DNA of 64,000 nt. It comes from Eledone cirrhosa. Its lineage: Eukaryota. The stretch covers positions 70,432,001 through 70,496,000 of the forward strand of contig OZ024744.1 in assembly GCA_964016885.1 (NCBI GenBank), given 5' to 3'. A program made the translations under genes and the position numbers. A model generated the notes under the pieces. It was not told where the DNA came from. It saw only the letters and a program-made list of their open reading frames with translations, and ran no database searches. Shown in pieces: positions 15,780 through 29,054 of this stretch (within the stretch, counting starts at the first letter, position 1; each line of letters begins with the position of its first letter).

Positions 15780-17194
15780 TACATATATACATATATATTT
15801 ACATATATATTCGCAAAAACGCAGCACGCCATTTTATATATATATATAAATGAGAGTTACACATGAATGCACGCACGTACATACACACGCACACAAATAC
15901 ACACAAACACACACACACAAACACACATACACACACACAATACAAACACACCAGCCCTTAATTATGTCCCAGAGGGAAAACACCAGTAACACCAAAAATA
16001 CCAATTGCCCTTGAAATTTTCAAATCAGACCTCCCAAAAAGAATTCTTTAAGGCTATATAAACCTTTAATAATAACTAAACTACAGTTTGGGCCCTTCCT
16101 TTCAATTATAGACATAAGGAAATACAAAATATAATCATATATATCCAAGCGATCCCTAGGGATGTCAGCAAACCTCAGAGCTAATCTTACTGGGTCGTGG
16201 CAATGATAAACGCACAGCCGTGTGATCGGTTGCTTTGAGTTTGGCTTAAGGTACGTTTTGTGCTAGGTTAAGGCGGCGGATTTGCAGAAATGTTTGAGCG
16301 TTGGACAGAATGTTTTATGAAACTTATTTCGGCTTTCAGCAATTAAACTTCCAAAACCATCGACGTCAATGTTTAATTTCCTCTTTTTATGTGTCGATAA
16401 ATGTGCCCCAGTTCAATTCAGGATATCGGTTCTTCTCCCCAAACCCACTTATAGAAATGACTGGAAGACATCTTCCCCCTCATTAGTTCTCTAACCAGCA
16501 AAATAGTTTCGCACGATTTCACTTCTGTCCTCTTCCTCTTTCAATCTTTTCTATATTTCATATACCTGTCATCCTCCTAGCGGATTGTCTCTCTGCTGAT
16601 CACTGGCCGTTGGTCCTCTGAGGTATTTTTTCCCATCGCTGTCTTTGACAGCATTTAGCTGTTTTGACTAGTTTTAAGCGATGAGTTTTTTCATTTTTAT
16701 ATGTATTGAAATAGACTTTCGCTTCGTCTGGATCAGAGATAACATTGTATTTATATACTGTATATATGTGTGTGTATGTGTGTGTGTACATGTATACATT
16801 TATGATATTGTTTCTGTATATTGTGCAAGGGGAAAAGATTTACAATACTTAAGTAAAGTACTCAATACTTCAGAAGGCACAATCTGTGATCGATGTGTTT
16901 TATTCATATACCACTTTCACAGAATATGTTCGGTTTCGATTCACAAGGAATCTAAACAAAATCAATTCTGTAAATCTAGTATATGAATGATGGATCCTCC
17001 ATCGATTTCGTCGATGAACTTTCTGATATTTCATTATTTCAACACCCGATTCGGGAATTAACGTGTAAGTGACTGAATATTCTATGGACATGTGGTACTC
17101 TTAATGTTATTCACAAGCTAGATCATTGTAACACAATATGTAGCAAAGCTAAGTCTAAATCCACAGTCTGTCTTGAGCCAGAATGCTAATTAGG

Positions 17195-17440
17195 TCGGTG
17201 CTTATCCCAATTTCATGGCGTGAATTAACTGAGAGTACAAGACTCTCCACCTGGACAGGACGCCAGTCCATCGCAGGGTTAAACCCCCACTATTACTGGT
17301 ACACATTTTCAGCTGAGTTTACTGAAGCAGTGTGAAAGAATTGTTTTGCTCAATAACACAACACGCAACGCAACCCAGCAATCGAACCCACGGCATTATC
17401 ATCGTAGTTTCAACACCCTTACCACTAGGCCATGCTCCTT
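17195..17440 (-). mobile_element. Second tRNA-SINE family
   Basis: Minus strand has A box TGGCCTAGTGG and B box GGTTCGATTGC; body differs from the dominant SINE. Confidence 0.7.
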
Positions 17441-17640
17441 GAATTGGAAGGGTATTCCATCCTAAAGGATTCCACACTGTCCGTCTACCAAATTTCACTC
17501 ATTCGGCTAGGGTCGATTCGAGGCAACGGTAAACGCCACATACCCATTATATTCTTATTCAGTAATGACAGTATCAATGGTACTTGAATAAAGTATGTAT
17601 GCATGCATACATGTATGTATGCATGTATGTATGTGTGTAT

Positions 17641-18930
17641 GTCAGGTCACCAGTTGGTGCTACTGGTGACATGTATCCCAGTACAACCTGTCTCATGGTC
17701 GGGTCGTTGGCGACTAAACTGGCAACCCCACCAAGGTTTCTTGGTGAGGAGGGTGACTTTGGACATCCTGCAGGACTAAAAACAAAACCTGTCAAAGGGC
17801 AAAGGAGACTCTTAAGAGTCAATGGCCATCCAAAATCACCGGGAGAGATGACCCCTTAGCCTTTGTCAAGGCAGAATTCTAAGAGAAGGAAAACTCTGAT
17901 ATAACACCTGCAACCCTGATGGTATCCAATGATGTTGACTTGTTCTTCTTTTTGGTAAATAATCATCTTGGTTAAGAGAGTGGGACTGGCTTTGTGCAGT
18001 GCCTTTGCTCACTATAAAAGCTTCACGGCACAGGCATTGCTTTATATCTGGAGATCACTCTGCACTTGTCGTCACATGGTACCATGGGCCCAGCACTATG
18101 TGTCAGTAATTGTCACAGGTGTAGTGTTTGTACCAGAGTTTTCAAGTCACTGGCTGGACTAAAAAGTCACACTCGTTCAGCGCATCGGTAGGGGTTCTCC
18201 GACATGGATATAAAGTAGTGGCCGTACTCGAAAACGAGTTGGCAGCCACCATGTGTGTATGTATGTATGTATGTATGTATGTATGTATTTATGTATGTGT
18301 GTGTGTGTGTGTGTTTATGTGTGTATGCACAGGGACATAGAAATAATCGGGTTGGATACCCGATCGCGCAGTTAAACCACTGGGAGTGAAGACCTTTGTC
18401 AGAGTATTCTTCTAGGAGAAAGCAACTCAGGAAACTGGGATAACTCCGATATAAAACCTGCGGCACAGTAGTTACCGATGATGTTAATCTTTTCTTTTTT
18501 TCTGGTTATAGCTACTGTCGCCCAGAGAGTGGGATTGGGTCAGTGCACAGTCTTTCCAAACTTTAAAAAAAATCTTCATGCACAGGCATTGACCGATAAT
18601 ATTTATTAATAATTATTAATAATGTTATATCGTTCAATGGCCATACTCAATAATGAGGGGGCAGCCATCATGTATGTGTGTATGTATATTTGTATGTATG
18701 TTTCTATCTATGTCTATATATGTCAGGTCTCTTTTCTGCGCTACTGGTAACATGTAACCCAGCATAACCTGTCCATGGCCGGGTCGTCGGTGACAAAGCC
18801 AGCAACCCCACCAAGCTTGCTTGGTTAGGAGGGTGACTTTGGACATCCTGCGGGATGAAAAACAAAACCTGACAAAGGGCGGAGGAACTCAGGAGCGTCA
18901 ACAGCCATTCAATAAAGTATTTGTGTGCGC

Positions 18931-18963
<33 letters not shown>

Positions 18964-19050
18964 ACGAGAGACTTCTAATCTACATTAAGACATCTCTCTA
19001 GAAGGTCACTCTGATATAAAACCTGCGACTTCGTTTGTTGCATCCAATGT
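17641..19050 (+). mobile_element. Cluster of family A non-autonomous elements (17641-18252, 18330-18670, 18721-19050)
   Basis: Shared 5' GTCAGGTC..CATGTA(T/A)CCCAG..AACCCCACCAAG and shared 3' GGCC(G/A)TACTC..GGCAGCCA(C/T)C+(ATGT)n; also at 22841-23308 and 32597-32805. Confidence 0.8.
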
Positions 19051-19194
19051 AGATTATGTAGACCAGGTAGATAGGTATAAATGTATGCATGGTATGTATA
19101 TGTATATATGTATATATGTATCTATGTGTGTATGTTTATATGTATGTATGGTGTAAATACTTTTGTTTTTGCAGCAAATGTATATATGTATGTA

Positions 19195-22176
19195 TGATCT
19201 GTGTTACCAACACCATGTTCCAACAAAAGAACAAATTTAAGACCACATGGATGCATCCTGCATCTAAGGAATGGCATCTTTTGGACTACGTCCTAGTCAG
19301 GATGCGTGACAGACAGGATGTGCAGTGTGTTCGTGCTCTTCGTGGAGCTGAGTGCTGGACAGACCACCGCCTGGTACACGCAAAAGTGAAACTAATCACT
19401 AAACGTAAAATCCGGGCTCCTGGTGTTGCCCTGCCCAGATGGTTGAATGCTGCTCGTCTTAAGGATAAAAATGTGAAGAGGACATTGCAAGAAGAGATGC
19501 AGGCTGCAGATCTTGGTGAGGATTGGCCGACCCTTAAAAAGTCGGTTTATGATGTAGGCAGGCGTGTTCTGGGATTGGTGCAGAGAAAACATCAGGACTG
19601 GTTTAATGAGAATGATGTATATATAGAAGACTTGTTGGCTGATAAGAGGCGTGCTCTGTCACGCTACTTGACGGCAAAACCACAGGAGAGGAATACGTTG
19701 CATGAGGAACTCAAGGATGTGAAATCACGTGTTAGGCGGAGTCTTTCTCAGGTGAAGGATCGGTGGTGGAGTGAGAAGGCTGATGAGATACAAACTGCGT
19801 CAGATTCCAATAACACAAAGCTGTTATACAGTCTCTTGCGTGAAGTTTATGGGCCGTCTTCTCTGGTGACACCGCTTCGCAGCAGGGATGGCAAAGAACT
19901 TCTTCGTGACTCACAAGGAATTCTACGAAGGTGACGAGAGCACTTTGATGATCTTTTGAATCAGCCGTCTGTCGTCAATGAAGATTTCCTCAATCTCATT
20001 CCAGAAAGTCCTGTGAAAGTAGCTCTCGCACAACCTCCGACGCTTGTGGAGGTTGCAGTGGCTATTTCGAAGCTGAACAGTGGAAGGTCTCCAGGTATTG
20101 AGCTCCTACAATATGGTGGTGAGAGACTCCTGTAACATCTTCACTCTTTGTTTGGCAGGATATGGGCTAATGAATCCGTACCTGAGGACTGGAAGGATGC
20201 AGTAATGGTGGTCTTGTACAAGGGAAAGGGTAACATGAATGATTGTGGGAACTACAGAGGTATATCATTGCTTTCTGTCGTAGGGAAAGTTTTATGTAGG
20301 GTGCTTCTGGACCGTCTGCTGACACACATTGCAGATTGTGTTCTTTCTGAAAGTCAATCTGGGTTTCGTGCTGGACGCGGCACTACTGATATGATCTTCT
20401 CAGCTAGACAGCTCGAGGAGAAGTGCATGGAACAAGGTTTGGATCTGTATCAGGTTTTTGTCGATCTGACAAAAGCTTTCGATACTGTTAACAGAAATGC
20501 ATTATGGAAGGTTCTCCAGAAACTTGGTTGCCCTGATAAGTTCCTTGCTTTAGTTAGGTCTTTCCATGACGACATGAAGGCTTGGGTTAATGTCGGAGGT
20601 AATATATCGGAGCCTATCTCAGTAAAAAATGGAGTGAAACAGGGGGATATTCCAGCACCAGCCCTGTTTGCCATATACTTTGCAATGCTTTTCTATATTG
20701 CATTCAGGAATTTCGAGCATGGTGTTTACATCCGATATCGAACCTCATGCAGCATATTTAACATCAGGCGCTTTGCTACAAAAACAAAAGTATTTACATC
20801 AATCATAAGAGACCTCTTGTATGCAGATGATTGCGATCTTGTAGCGCACACACAGAGTGATATGCAGCATATTTTGAATGTATTTTCTGATGCTCGCACT
20901 GCCCTAGGATTGACTGTCAGTCCAAAGAAAACTGTCGTAATGTACCAACCTGCCTCTGGTAAGTACTACACTGAACCAAATATCTATGTGTATGGTAAAC
21001 GACTTGGAGTGGTTGATCAGTTTGTCTACCTGGGAAGCACTGTCAATCGATACAGCAACCTTGATAATGAAATCCCACTAAGGATTAGGAAAGCAAGTGA
21101 TCCTTTCGGAAAGCTAGAAAGGCGACTCTGGGGTGGCGAGACATATGCAAGAAGACAAAGGTAAAGGTGTACAAAGCATGTGTGCTCTCTTCTCTTCTTT
21201 ATGCCTGCGAGACCTGGGTCACATATCGACACCACCTTAAGCAATTGGAGCGTTTCCATCAGATGTGTCTCAGACGGATCCATGGCGTTCACTGGAGGGA
21301 CCACATCAGTGATGTCGAGATTTTGGAAAGCTCTATGTGTGACAGTATAGAAGCTCTTGTGCTTAAGCAACGTCTCCGTTGGAGTGGTCACCTTGCCAGG
21401 ATGAAGGATTCTAGAATACCAAAACAACTCTTTTATGGAGAGTTAGTTAAAGGAAAACGACTGCCGCATAAACCAAAAAAGAGGTATAAGGATTCCTTGA
21501 AAGTCTCTTTGAAAGACGCTAACATCTCTGCTGATACATGGGAAAATGTTGCTGCTGATCGTAATAAATGGAGAGAAAGACTGTATATGCGGCAAAAGTT
21601 GCCTTTGAGGCATCTCAAATCGCATACGAGAAAGTAAAGCGGGATGTGAGGAAGGGCATTGCTGTTGCACTTCCAGACGCGGCGAAGGTCCTCCTATGGT
21701 GCTGACATGCAGCGTCTGTGCGAGACTCTGCCTAAGCAAAGCTGGACTCGAAAGTCATCTTCACAGTCATAAAGTAAGACCAGTGGTTGACTACCAGGCT
21801 GCTGTTGGAGATGCTACTCATCATGCTTGCCAAGCATGTGGTAGAGAATGTAAATCAGCAGGAGGGCTCAAGCGACCTGCAAAGGTTCACGAACTCCAAC
21901 CACAGCCGACTATTCCCAGTGAATGTTTTGGTTGCCGACTCTGTGCAAGACATTTTAGATCATTAGCTGGGCTAAAAAGCCACATTCGATCGCAGTGCTG
22001 TTAGTTGCTATCGTGTGTATGTGTATAGATATGTTTATGCGTGTGCGTGTGTGTGTATATATATATGTATATTATTATTGTTGTTATTATTGTTGTTATT
22101 ATTAGTATTCTTGTTATTATTATGTTTGTTTTTTTCTCGTGCAATGGCCATACTCGATAAAAAGAGGGCAGCCATC
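19195..22176 (+). mobile_element. RTE-clade LINE, 5'-truncated and disabled (APE C-terminus, RT, three C2H2 zinc fingers)
   Basis: TWMHPASKEWHLLDYVLV..TDHRLV (APE); NYRGISLLS, FVDLTKAFDTV, GVKQGD, LLYADD (RT); LRWSGHLARM; stops at 19932 and ~20133, frameshifts at ~21135 and ~21600; (ATGT)n tail. Confidence 0.95.
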
Positions 22177-22294
22177 ATGTATGTATGTATGTATGCATGT
22201 AAATATGTATGTATGTGTGTGTGTAATATAGGCTAAACCACCCTTTTGAAAGATTTGCCCAATATCACCGCAGTCCAATGATAGAAACTAGAAT

Positions 22295-22381
<87 letters not shown>

Positions 22382-22840
22382 ACACATGCACACACGCACG
22401 CACATCGTTTCCCTTGCGCCTTCTCGGAACTCTGTTATTACTTCCGGTTAATTTCAACATGGTGACAATATAAAGCTACATGTGAAGTAACAATCTTATA
22501 TTTCTTCTTTGACTGCATTTAGTTTTTTCTCTCTTTCTATCACTCTCGTTTCTGAAAAAGAATCTTCACCCAAAACGTCAAATAAATTCTTTTTTCATTT
22601 GTGTGAGCGTTAAAATAATATATGTATATTTATAAGTGTCTATGTGTGTGTATATATATATATCTATGTGTGTGTATTATTTATGCATATATATTTATGT
22701 ATGTGTATGTATGTGCGCTTATATAGGTATGCGTATGTGTGATGGTATGTATATATGTTTGTATGTATGAATGTATGTATATTTGTATGTATGTATGTAT
22801 GTATTTATGTATAAATGTGTGTATACATGTATATATGTAT

Positions 22841-23308
22841 GTCGGGTAACATGTAACTCAGTACAACCTGTCGCATGGTCGGGTCGTCGGCCACTAAACC
22901 TGCAACCCCAACAAGTTTACTTGGTGAGGAGGGTGATTTCGGACACCCTGCAAGACAAACACCGAAACCTGACAAAGGGCAGAAGAACTCGTAAGAGTCA
23001 ACGGCTATCCAAAATTGTGTAAATATCTATATACACATGTACATATGTATGTATAAGTATATATCTATATGCATGTGTGCATATGGGCGGGGACATAGAA
23101 ATAGTCGGGTTGGATACCTGATCGCGTGATTACCGATGATGTTGATCTTTTCTACTTTTCGGGTTATAGCTACTGTCGCTCAGAGAGTGGGATTGGCTCA
23201 GTGCACAGTCTTTCCTCACAGGCATTGCACGATAGAATTAATTAATAATTATTAATAATGGTATATATCGTGCAATGGCCATACTCGATAACGAGGGGGC
23301 AGCCATCC
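22841..23308 (+). mobile_element. Family A non-autonomous element
   Basis: Same 5' block as 17641/18721; 3' end TGCAATGGCCATACTCGATAACGAGGGGGCAGCCATC + (ATGT)n. Confidence 0.8.
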
Positions 23309-23340
<32 letters not shown>

Positions 23341-24027
23341 TGTATGTATGTATGTATGTATGTATGTATGTTATCTCTTTCTCTTAATTTCGAGTATATT
23401 TTTTTGACCGGCCACCTTCCTGGTGGCAAGGTTGTAAAAGAAAAGAAGCTGTCATCCCTTGAATCGCAAGAATGTTTTGCAAATTTTGAAGGTGCCAGCT
23501 ATCGCAGCCATTTGTAGACTATGAATTAGGGAGCTGCGCTTTTTGTCCGCAAAACCAAGTTCAGTCATATTTTGGTCCAAGCGGGTTGGTATGTTGGTAT
23601 GTATGTATGTATGTATGTATGTATGTATGTATGTATGTATGTATGTATGTATGTATGAATGTATGTATGTATGTATGTATGAATATATGTATATATGTAT
23701 GTATGTAATATAGACTAAATCACCCCTTTGAAAGATTTGCCTCAATATCACCGCAGTCCAATGACAGAAACTAGAATATAGAATATCAGAATAATGGATT
23801 AACAGAATATGTGTATATGTGTGAGGGTCTATGTATGCTTGTAAGTATGTATATGTGTATACATCCTCTTCTTCTCTTCTTCTTGTATATATGTATATAT
23901 ACACACACACACTCATATATATATATATGTATATGTACATAAATATATATACATAATATGTGTGTGTGCGTGTGTGCGTGTGTATGTATGTGTGTACATA
24001 TATGTATATATAATTGAAAACCTAGCT

Positions 24028-24135
24028 ATTCGGTACAGTTCGGTACAGTTCGGTTCGAGTGGATTCGCTTCGTTTCCATCCGGTACCTTTCGGTTCGCTT
24101 CGGTGCGCTTCGGTTCGTTCCGTTTCGGTCGAATG
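24028..24135. repeat. Degenerate (CGGTT/CGCTT) pentamer array
   Basis: ttcggtacagttcggtacagttcggttcg...ttcgcttcggtgcgcttcggttcgttccgtttcgg. Confidence 0.75.
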
Positions 24136-24204
24136 AATTTAGCAGCTGAGCCAAGATTATATATACACATGTATGTATGCATGTATGTATATATATATAT
24201 ATAT

Positions 24205-24240
<36 letters not shown>

Positions 24241-24499
24241 GTAAGTATGTATGTATGTGTGCGTGTATGGATGTATTTATGTGTGTCTTTGTGTGTCTGT
24301 ACACACATACATACATATACATCTACAAACACGGCGTCGCTGGTCTGAGAGTAGAGAGAAGGGGAGGTGGGGGTGCGGATGCAAGTGAAAGGTTTCTTGT
24401 GTTTCCCTTACTATATCTTCCTTTTTTTTCTTTTATCTTTCATTTTTTTTTTATCAATCCAACTGTTCGTCTATGTAGCTTCTTTACACGTTTATATAC

Positions 24500-24555
<56 letters not shown>

Positions 24556-24812
24556 TGCACCCTACTAGTTCACCCAACGTGCTAAGTGAATACGCTACGG
24601 TGTAATCTCCCTATTGACTATCACCATTTGGCATATATCGAGGTTCTCTCTCACTCTGCTGTCTAAAAATGTCAAAAAAATTTGGATCAACTCACACTGA
24701 AGTAGTTTTGTCCCTTACGAGGATATATTTGCAGTTCATAAAATTTAAAATGCGAAATACTACTTCTTGTATTATGCGTACATATATGCGTATCTTCTTA
24801 TATACGTGTGTG

Positions 24813-24915
<103 letters not shown>

Positions 24916-25007
24916 GGTGGCACATGATTGGACCTTTTTTCCTGAACATTTTTATTCCGATTCTGCACTGCATATCCCTCCCTTCAATCTTTCTAATTTC
25001 TCTTTCT

Positions 25008-25045
25008 TTCTTCTGTTGAAGGACTAATGTCCGAAACGTTAAGAC
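25008..25045 (+). ncRNA. Degenerate loop-less hammerhead
   Basis: TCTT-CTGTTGA-A-GGAC-taat-GTCC-GAAA-CGTT-AAGA; core A6 is mutated to T. Confidence 0.5.
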
Positions 25046-25545
25046 CCTCTTCCAGCTATTTCAACAGTTTAATTAATATTTTCGTTCCATATAGTGAACT
25101 GTTTGTGCTGTTATTTCTATTTACCTTTTACATATATATATATATATATTGTGTGTTTGTGTTTACCTGTATGTGTCTGTATATTTGCATGTATATGAAA
25201 ATATATTAGCTTATTGGAAGCTGCTACAAAGTAGGTTTAACTATAAAATAGGTGAATAAGTGTAGTATATAAAGCCCTGGTTCACTCAACGCTTCGTAAA
25301 AATCAAATTTACATCTTTGTTTAAAACTCCTGAGGGCAGGTGGTCATTGTCGCTCTGGTACATTAGTAAGACTGCGGGAGAGTGGCAGTATCGATAGATC
25401 ATCAGACACCCTGCTTCGGGCGTAGAGTTACGGCCCTTTACGTTCTGAGTTCAAAGCTCGCCGAGGTTAGCTTATAGATAAAATAGCTTTAGATAAAAAT
25501 ACTTTCAAAATTCAAATATGTTCAACATTTCATAAAACAATTTGT

Positions 25546-25576
<31 letters not shown>

Positions 25577-25610
25577 AAGAACACAAGAGCGTCTACAACA
25601 TCAAAAGATT

Positions 25611-25671
25611 TTTATTGGCTAACAATGTTTCTTCCTTACGTGTAACCGTAGGATTCATCAGAGCTATAAAA
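25611..25671 (-). ncRNA. Type I hammerhead ribozyme motif at the 3' end of a PLE remnant
   Basis: Minus strand: GCT-CTGATGA-a-TCCTACG-gttaca-CGTaAGGA-a-GAAA-C-att-GTT-AGC; upstream frame LTTRPPGMN resembles a PLE ORF C-terminus. Confidence 0.75.
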
Positions 25672-26877
25672 GGGGTGTGATTGGTGTTATGGACTCTACC
25701 AACCAAACACCCAAGAACAAAGAGTAAAGAGAGTAAAGAGCAAAAGTAGGGGACGATAAGTCTAATTTTGGTGCGGGAGGGTGGGGTGTTGGTCCTTGTT
25801 TACTAGCTGCGGTCATATTCATTCCCGGGGGTCGGGTGGTTAGCTGAACCATAGATGGGGTGGCGTCGATAGTATGGTGCAGGGGGTGCGCAGAGGCTAC
25901 ACAAACACAAAGGGCGTAGAATACATATATACATATAGCGGAGGAGAAGGTACATGAGGTAATTAGAAATGGAAAAAGAGTAATAATAATAATCTATAAT
26001 TAATAGTGTATAATAAGGCATGGGGAAGATTACACTATAATAAGGTATAAAGGTAAGAATAAGGTAAAATATAAAGGAAGGTAAAAGTGGAAATAATAAT
26101 AAAGATAAAAAATATATAGAGAATATATAAGGAAATATAAGCGAATATTTGGAGGGGAAAACACAATGTAAAAAAACCGATTTTTTTCAAACAATAATAA
26201 AAATATAATAATTATGGGGGGAGAAAACAGGATAGAGAAATATGATCAAGTGTGATTCGTTGAGAGAATATAAGATGATAACAGTTATGTCCAGTTTATA
26301 CATCTTAATAATAAATAATAAACAATAAACAATATGTGTATCAGAGTTGCAGAACCTTCAATTGACTTACGGGTTCAAGCCACGTGGCATGGTCCATTGT
26401 TTATCTGTGCGGTCATGTGCGTTTGTTTTTGACACCACAGCAGATGCACAAGTTTGTAAATTCCAATGCAGGTAGAAATCAATTTTTGCTCACCCGGACA
26501 TTGACCGAGGATCCAATATTCCTAGTTCAATATGTGTGATTATCGGTCATCCAGCTATGTTGTTGGTGGTTGGATTCAAATCTATTCGCCCAAACGTTGA
26601 ACTTTGGTGTCGATAGGACATCAACGAAGCAGGGTGAGATCGCATCTGTGGTACAAAACGGTACGCAAGGAAATTCTTCGTCTTCGTTTCATCCGGGTCC
26701 AGTAGTCACGTGCAAGAACCGCTACGTAGTAATTGTGGGGTTAATCAGTCAAGTCAGCAACTGACCGAAATATATATATATATATGAACAATGAGTTATA
26801 TGGTTTGTTGATTGTTCAACAAAGTTAATTTTACAACAGATTAGAAGCACTCTACACTTTTTTTCTGGAGTATCATT

Positions 26878-27157
26878 AATATTAACAATATTAATAAATA
26901 GAGAATAAATATCAAAACCATATTTATTTTATTATACGTATTTCAAGGGCACTAATATTTAAGTTCGCTTTCGTCAAATAAAATATAATATTTGGTGTTA
27001 AGATAGTGACATACTTCGTGTATCTTAGTATCTTAGCACCAAATATTATATTTTGTCTGACGAAAGCGTACTTAAATGTTAGTACCCTTGAAATACGTAT
27101 AATAAAATAAATATGGTTTTGTAAAGATATTTTCCATTTATTAATATTGTTAATATT
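26878..27157. mobile_element. ~280-bp fold-back element carrying a hammerhead in each arm (family G)
   Basis: Long inverted arms around an apex near 27020. Confidence 0.85.
27049..27109 (+). ncRNA. Minimal type I hammerhead ribozyme motif
   Basis: TATTTTGT-CTGACGA-AAGcGTACT..AGTACcCTT-GAAA-T-ACGT-ATA-ATAAAATA; palindromic loop III; the mirror arm has C3>T. Confidence 0.8.
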
Positions 27158-27233
27158 ATATATGTATATTGTTGAAAGAAACAAATAAAGGTGATAATTT
27201 TTACACAGATATTAGGTTCACATATATATAACG

Positions 27234-27399
<166 letters not shown>

Positions 27400-27530
27400 T
27401 GTGTGTGTGTGCGTGCATGTGTATCTTTGTTTAGGAACTATGTGCAAAATTTGATATTTATAAGAATTTTAAAGATTCCTTGACTTTCTTTTACTGTAGA
27501 AAAATATATTTTCTCATAAATTTCATATAC

Positions 27531-27673
<143 letters not shown>

Positions 27674-27760
27674 CATATATATATACTTGTCGAGTGCTTT
27701 GAATCAGTTATAAACATATATATTTGTTGAATTACCAACAAATTAAATATCACTCTTGCT

Positions 27761-27792
<32 letters not shown>

Positions 27793-28080
27793 GTAAACGT
27801 CCAAATGTATATGAGTAATAATAGTTAACAAAATCGCGTAAATTACCCCTACTGAACCAATGGCTGACTTAAGAAACTTTAACAAAATTTGAAATTTGAA
27901 TTGAAACTTTCCAATGTAAATGACAATAACCATAGTTTCTTTATGCTCCAACAGGTGGCAGGATAGAAAGTTTTCTTGGAACGAACGTCTCATCCTTTAC
28001 TGTTGTCGGGGGACTTGACTGGTGGAGTGGTATTAAGGAGGCAAAAAGGGATTGTGTGGGAGTAGCTGATAGAAGAGGAC

Positions 28081-28118
<38 letters not shown>

Positions 28119-28132
28119 AATAATAAACAATA

Positions 28133-28190
<58 letters not shown>

Positions 28191-28394
28191 GATACATGTC
28201 CTGTAGAAGTCAGTTATATATATATGTTAAATATTTCCGAAGAAAAAGCAAAAGAAAAAAAGAGTGCGAGCTGCCTTCTGCTCGAAAATGGCTGCCCATG
28301 CCTAGTTTAACATTTGTCGCAAATCGATAGCTTTACAAGCACGGGAAGAAAAAGTGAGGAAACTACTTGTTTTTTATGCGCTCTAATGTTTAAC

Positions 28395-28955
28395 GATTAG
28401 TGTGGCCAGTAGCTCTATATGGTTGTGATTCATGGACTTTAAAGGATTCTGACTTGAAACGACTGAGTGCATTTGAAATGCCATGCTATAGGCGCGCACT
28501 TAGAATTAGCTGGACAACTAACAGAACAAATGTATCTGTCCTGGAAGCGATTGGTGCCAATCGACAGTTGGTTGAAACAGTTAGGAAGTGGTCATGTCAC
28601 CAGGGCTCAAATTTTGACAACCCACATCCTTGAAGGATGAATACAAGGGAAAAGGACCAGAGAACGACACAAAAGGAGATGAACAGTTGATATTAAGGAA
28701 TAGACAAATAGAGTTCAAATCCCGCCGAGGTTGACTTTGCCTTTCATCCTTACGGGGGTCGATAAAATAAAGTACCAGTAATGCACTGGGTAATTGCTGG
28801 CCTTGTGCCTAAAGTAGAAACAATTAAGGAATAGACAGGAAGTTTGGTGGAATGTACGGCAATGGCTAGCGGTAGGAAAATATGGAGAGTGGTGGTCCAT
28901 AAGTCCATGACCCCTGACTTTCAGATACGAGGATGGGATAAGGCTAAGGCTAAAT
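28395..28955 (+). mobile_element. RTE-type LINE 3' remnant interrupted by a SINE
   Basis: WPVALYGCDSWTLKDSDLKRLSAFEMPCYRRALRISW; SINE 28707-28822 (-) with 15-bp TSD ATTAAGGAATAGACA (28692-28706 and 28823-28837); AAGGCT repeat tail. Confidence 0.85.
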
Positions 28956-29054
28956 GTTTAACCACTTACCGGATGCACAAAGCGTTTGTCATGTGATGGT
29001 CTTATTTTATTATATATGTACGAGTGTGTCTGTCTATAATTATATACATATATA

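Noticed and set aside
21696-22004. Stand-alone host C2H2 zinc-finger gene
   Set aside because: Contiguous with the RTE RT frame and upstream of the RTE tail, so treated as part of the LINE.
26300-26770. Unique GC-richer stretch as a coding exon
   Set aside because: No recognisable motif in any frame; possibly decayed mobile DNA.
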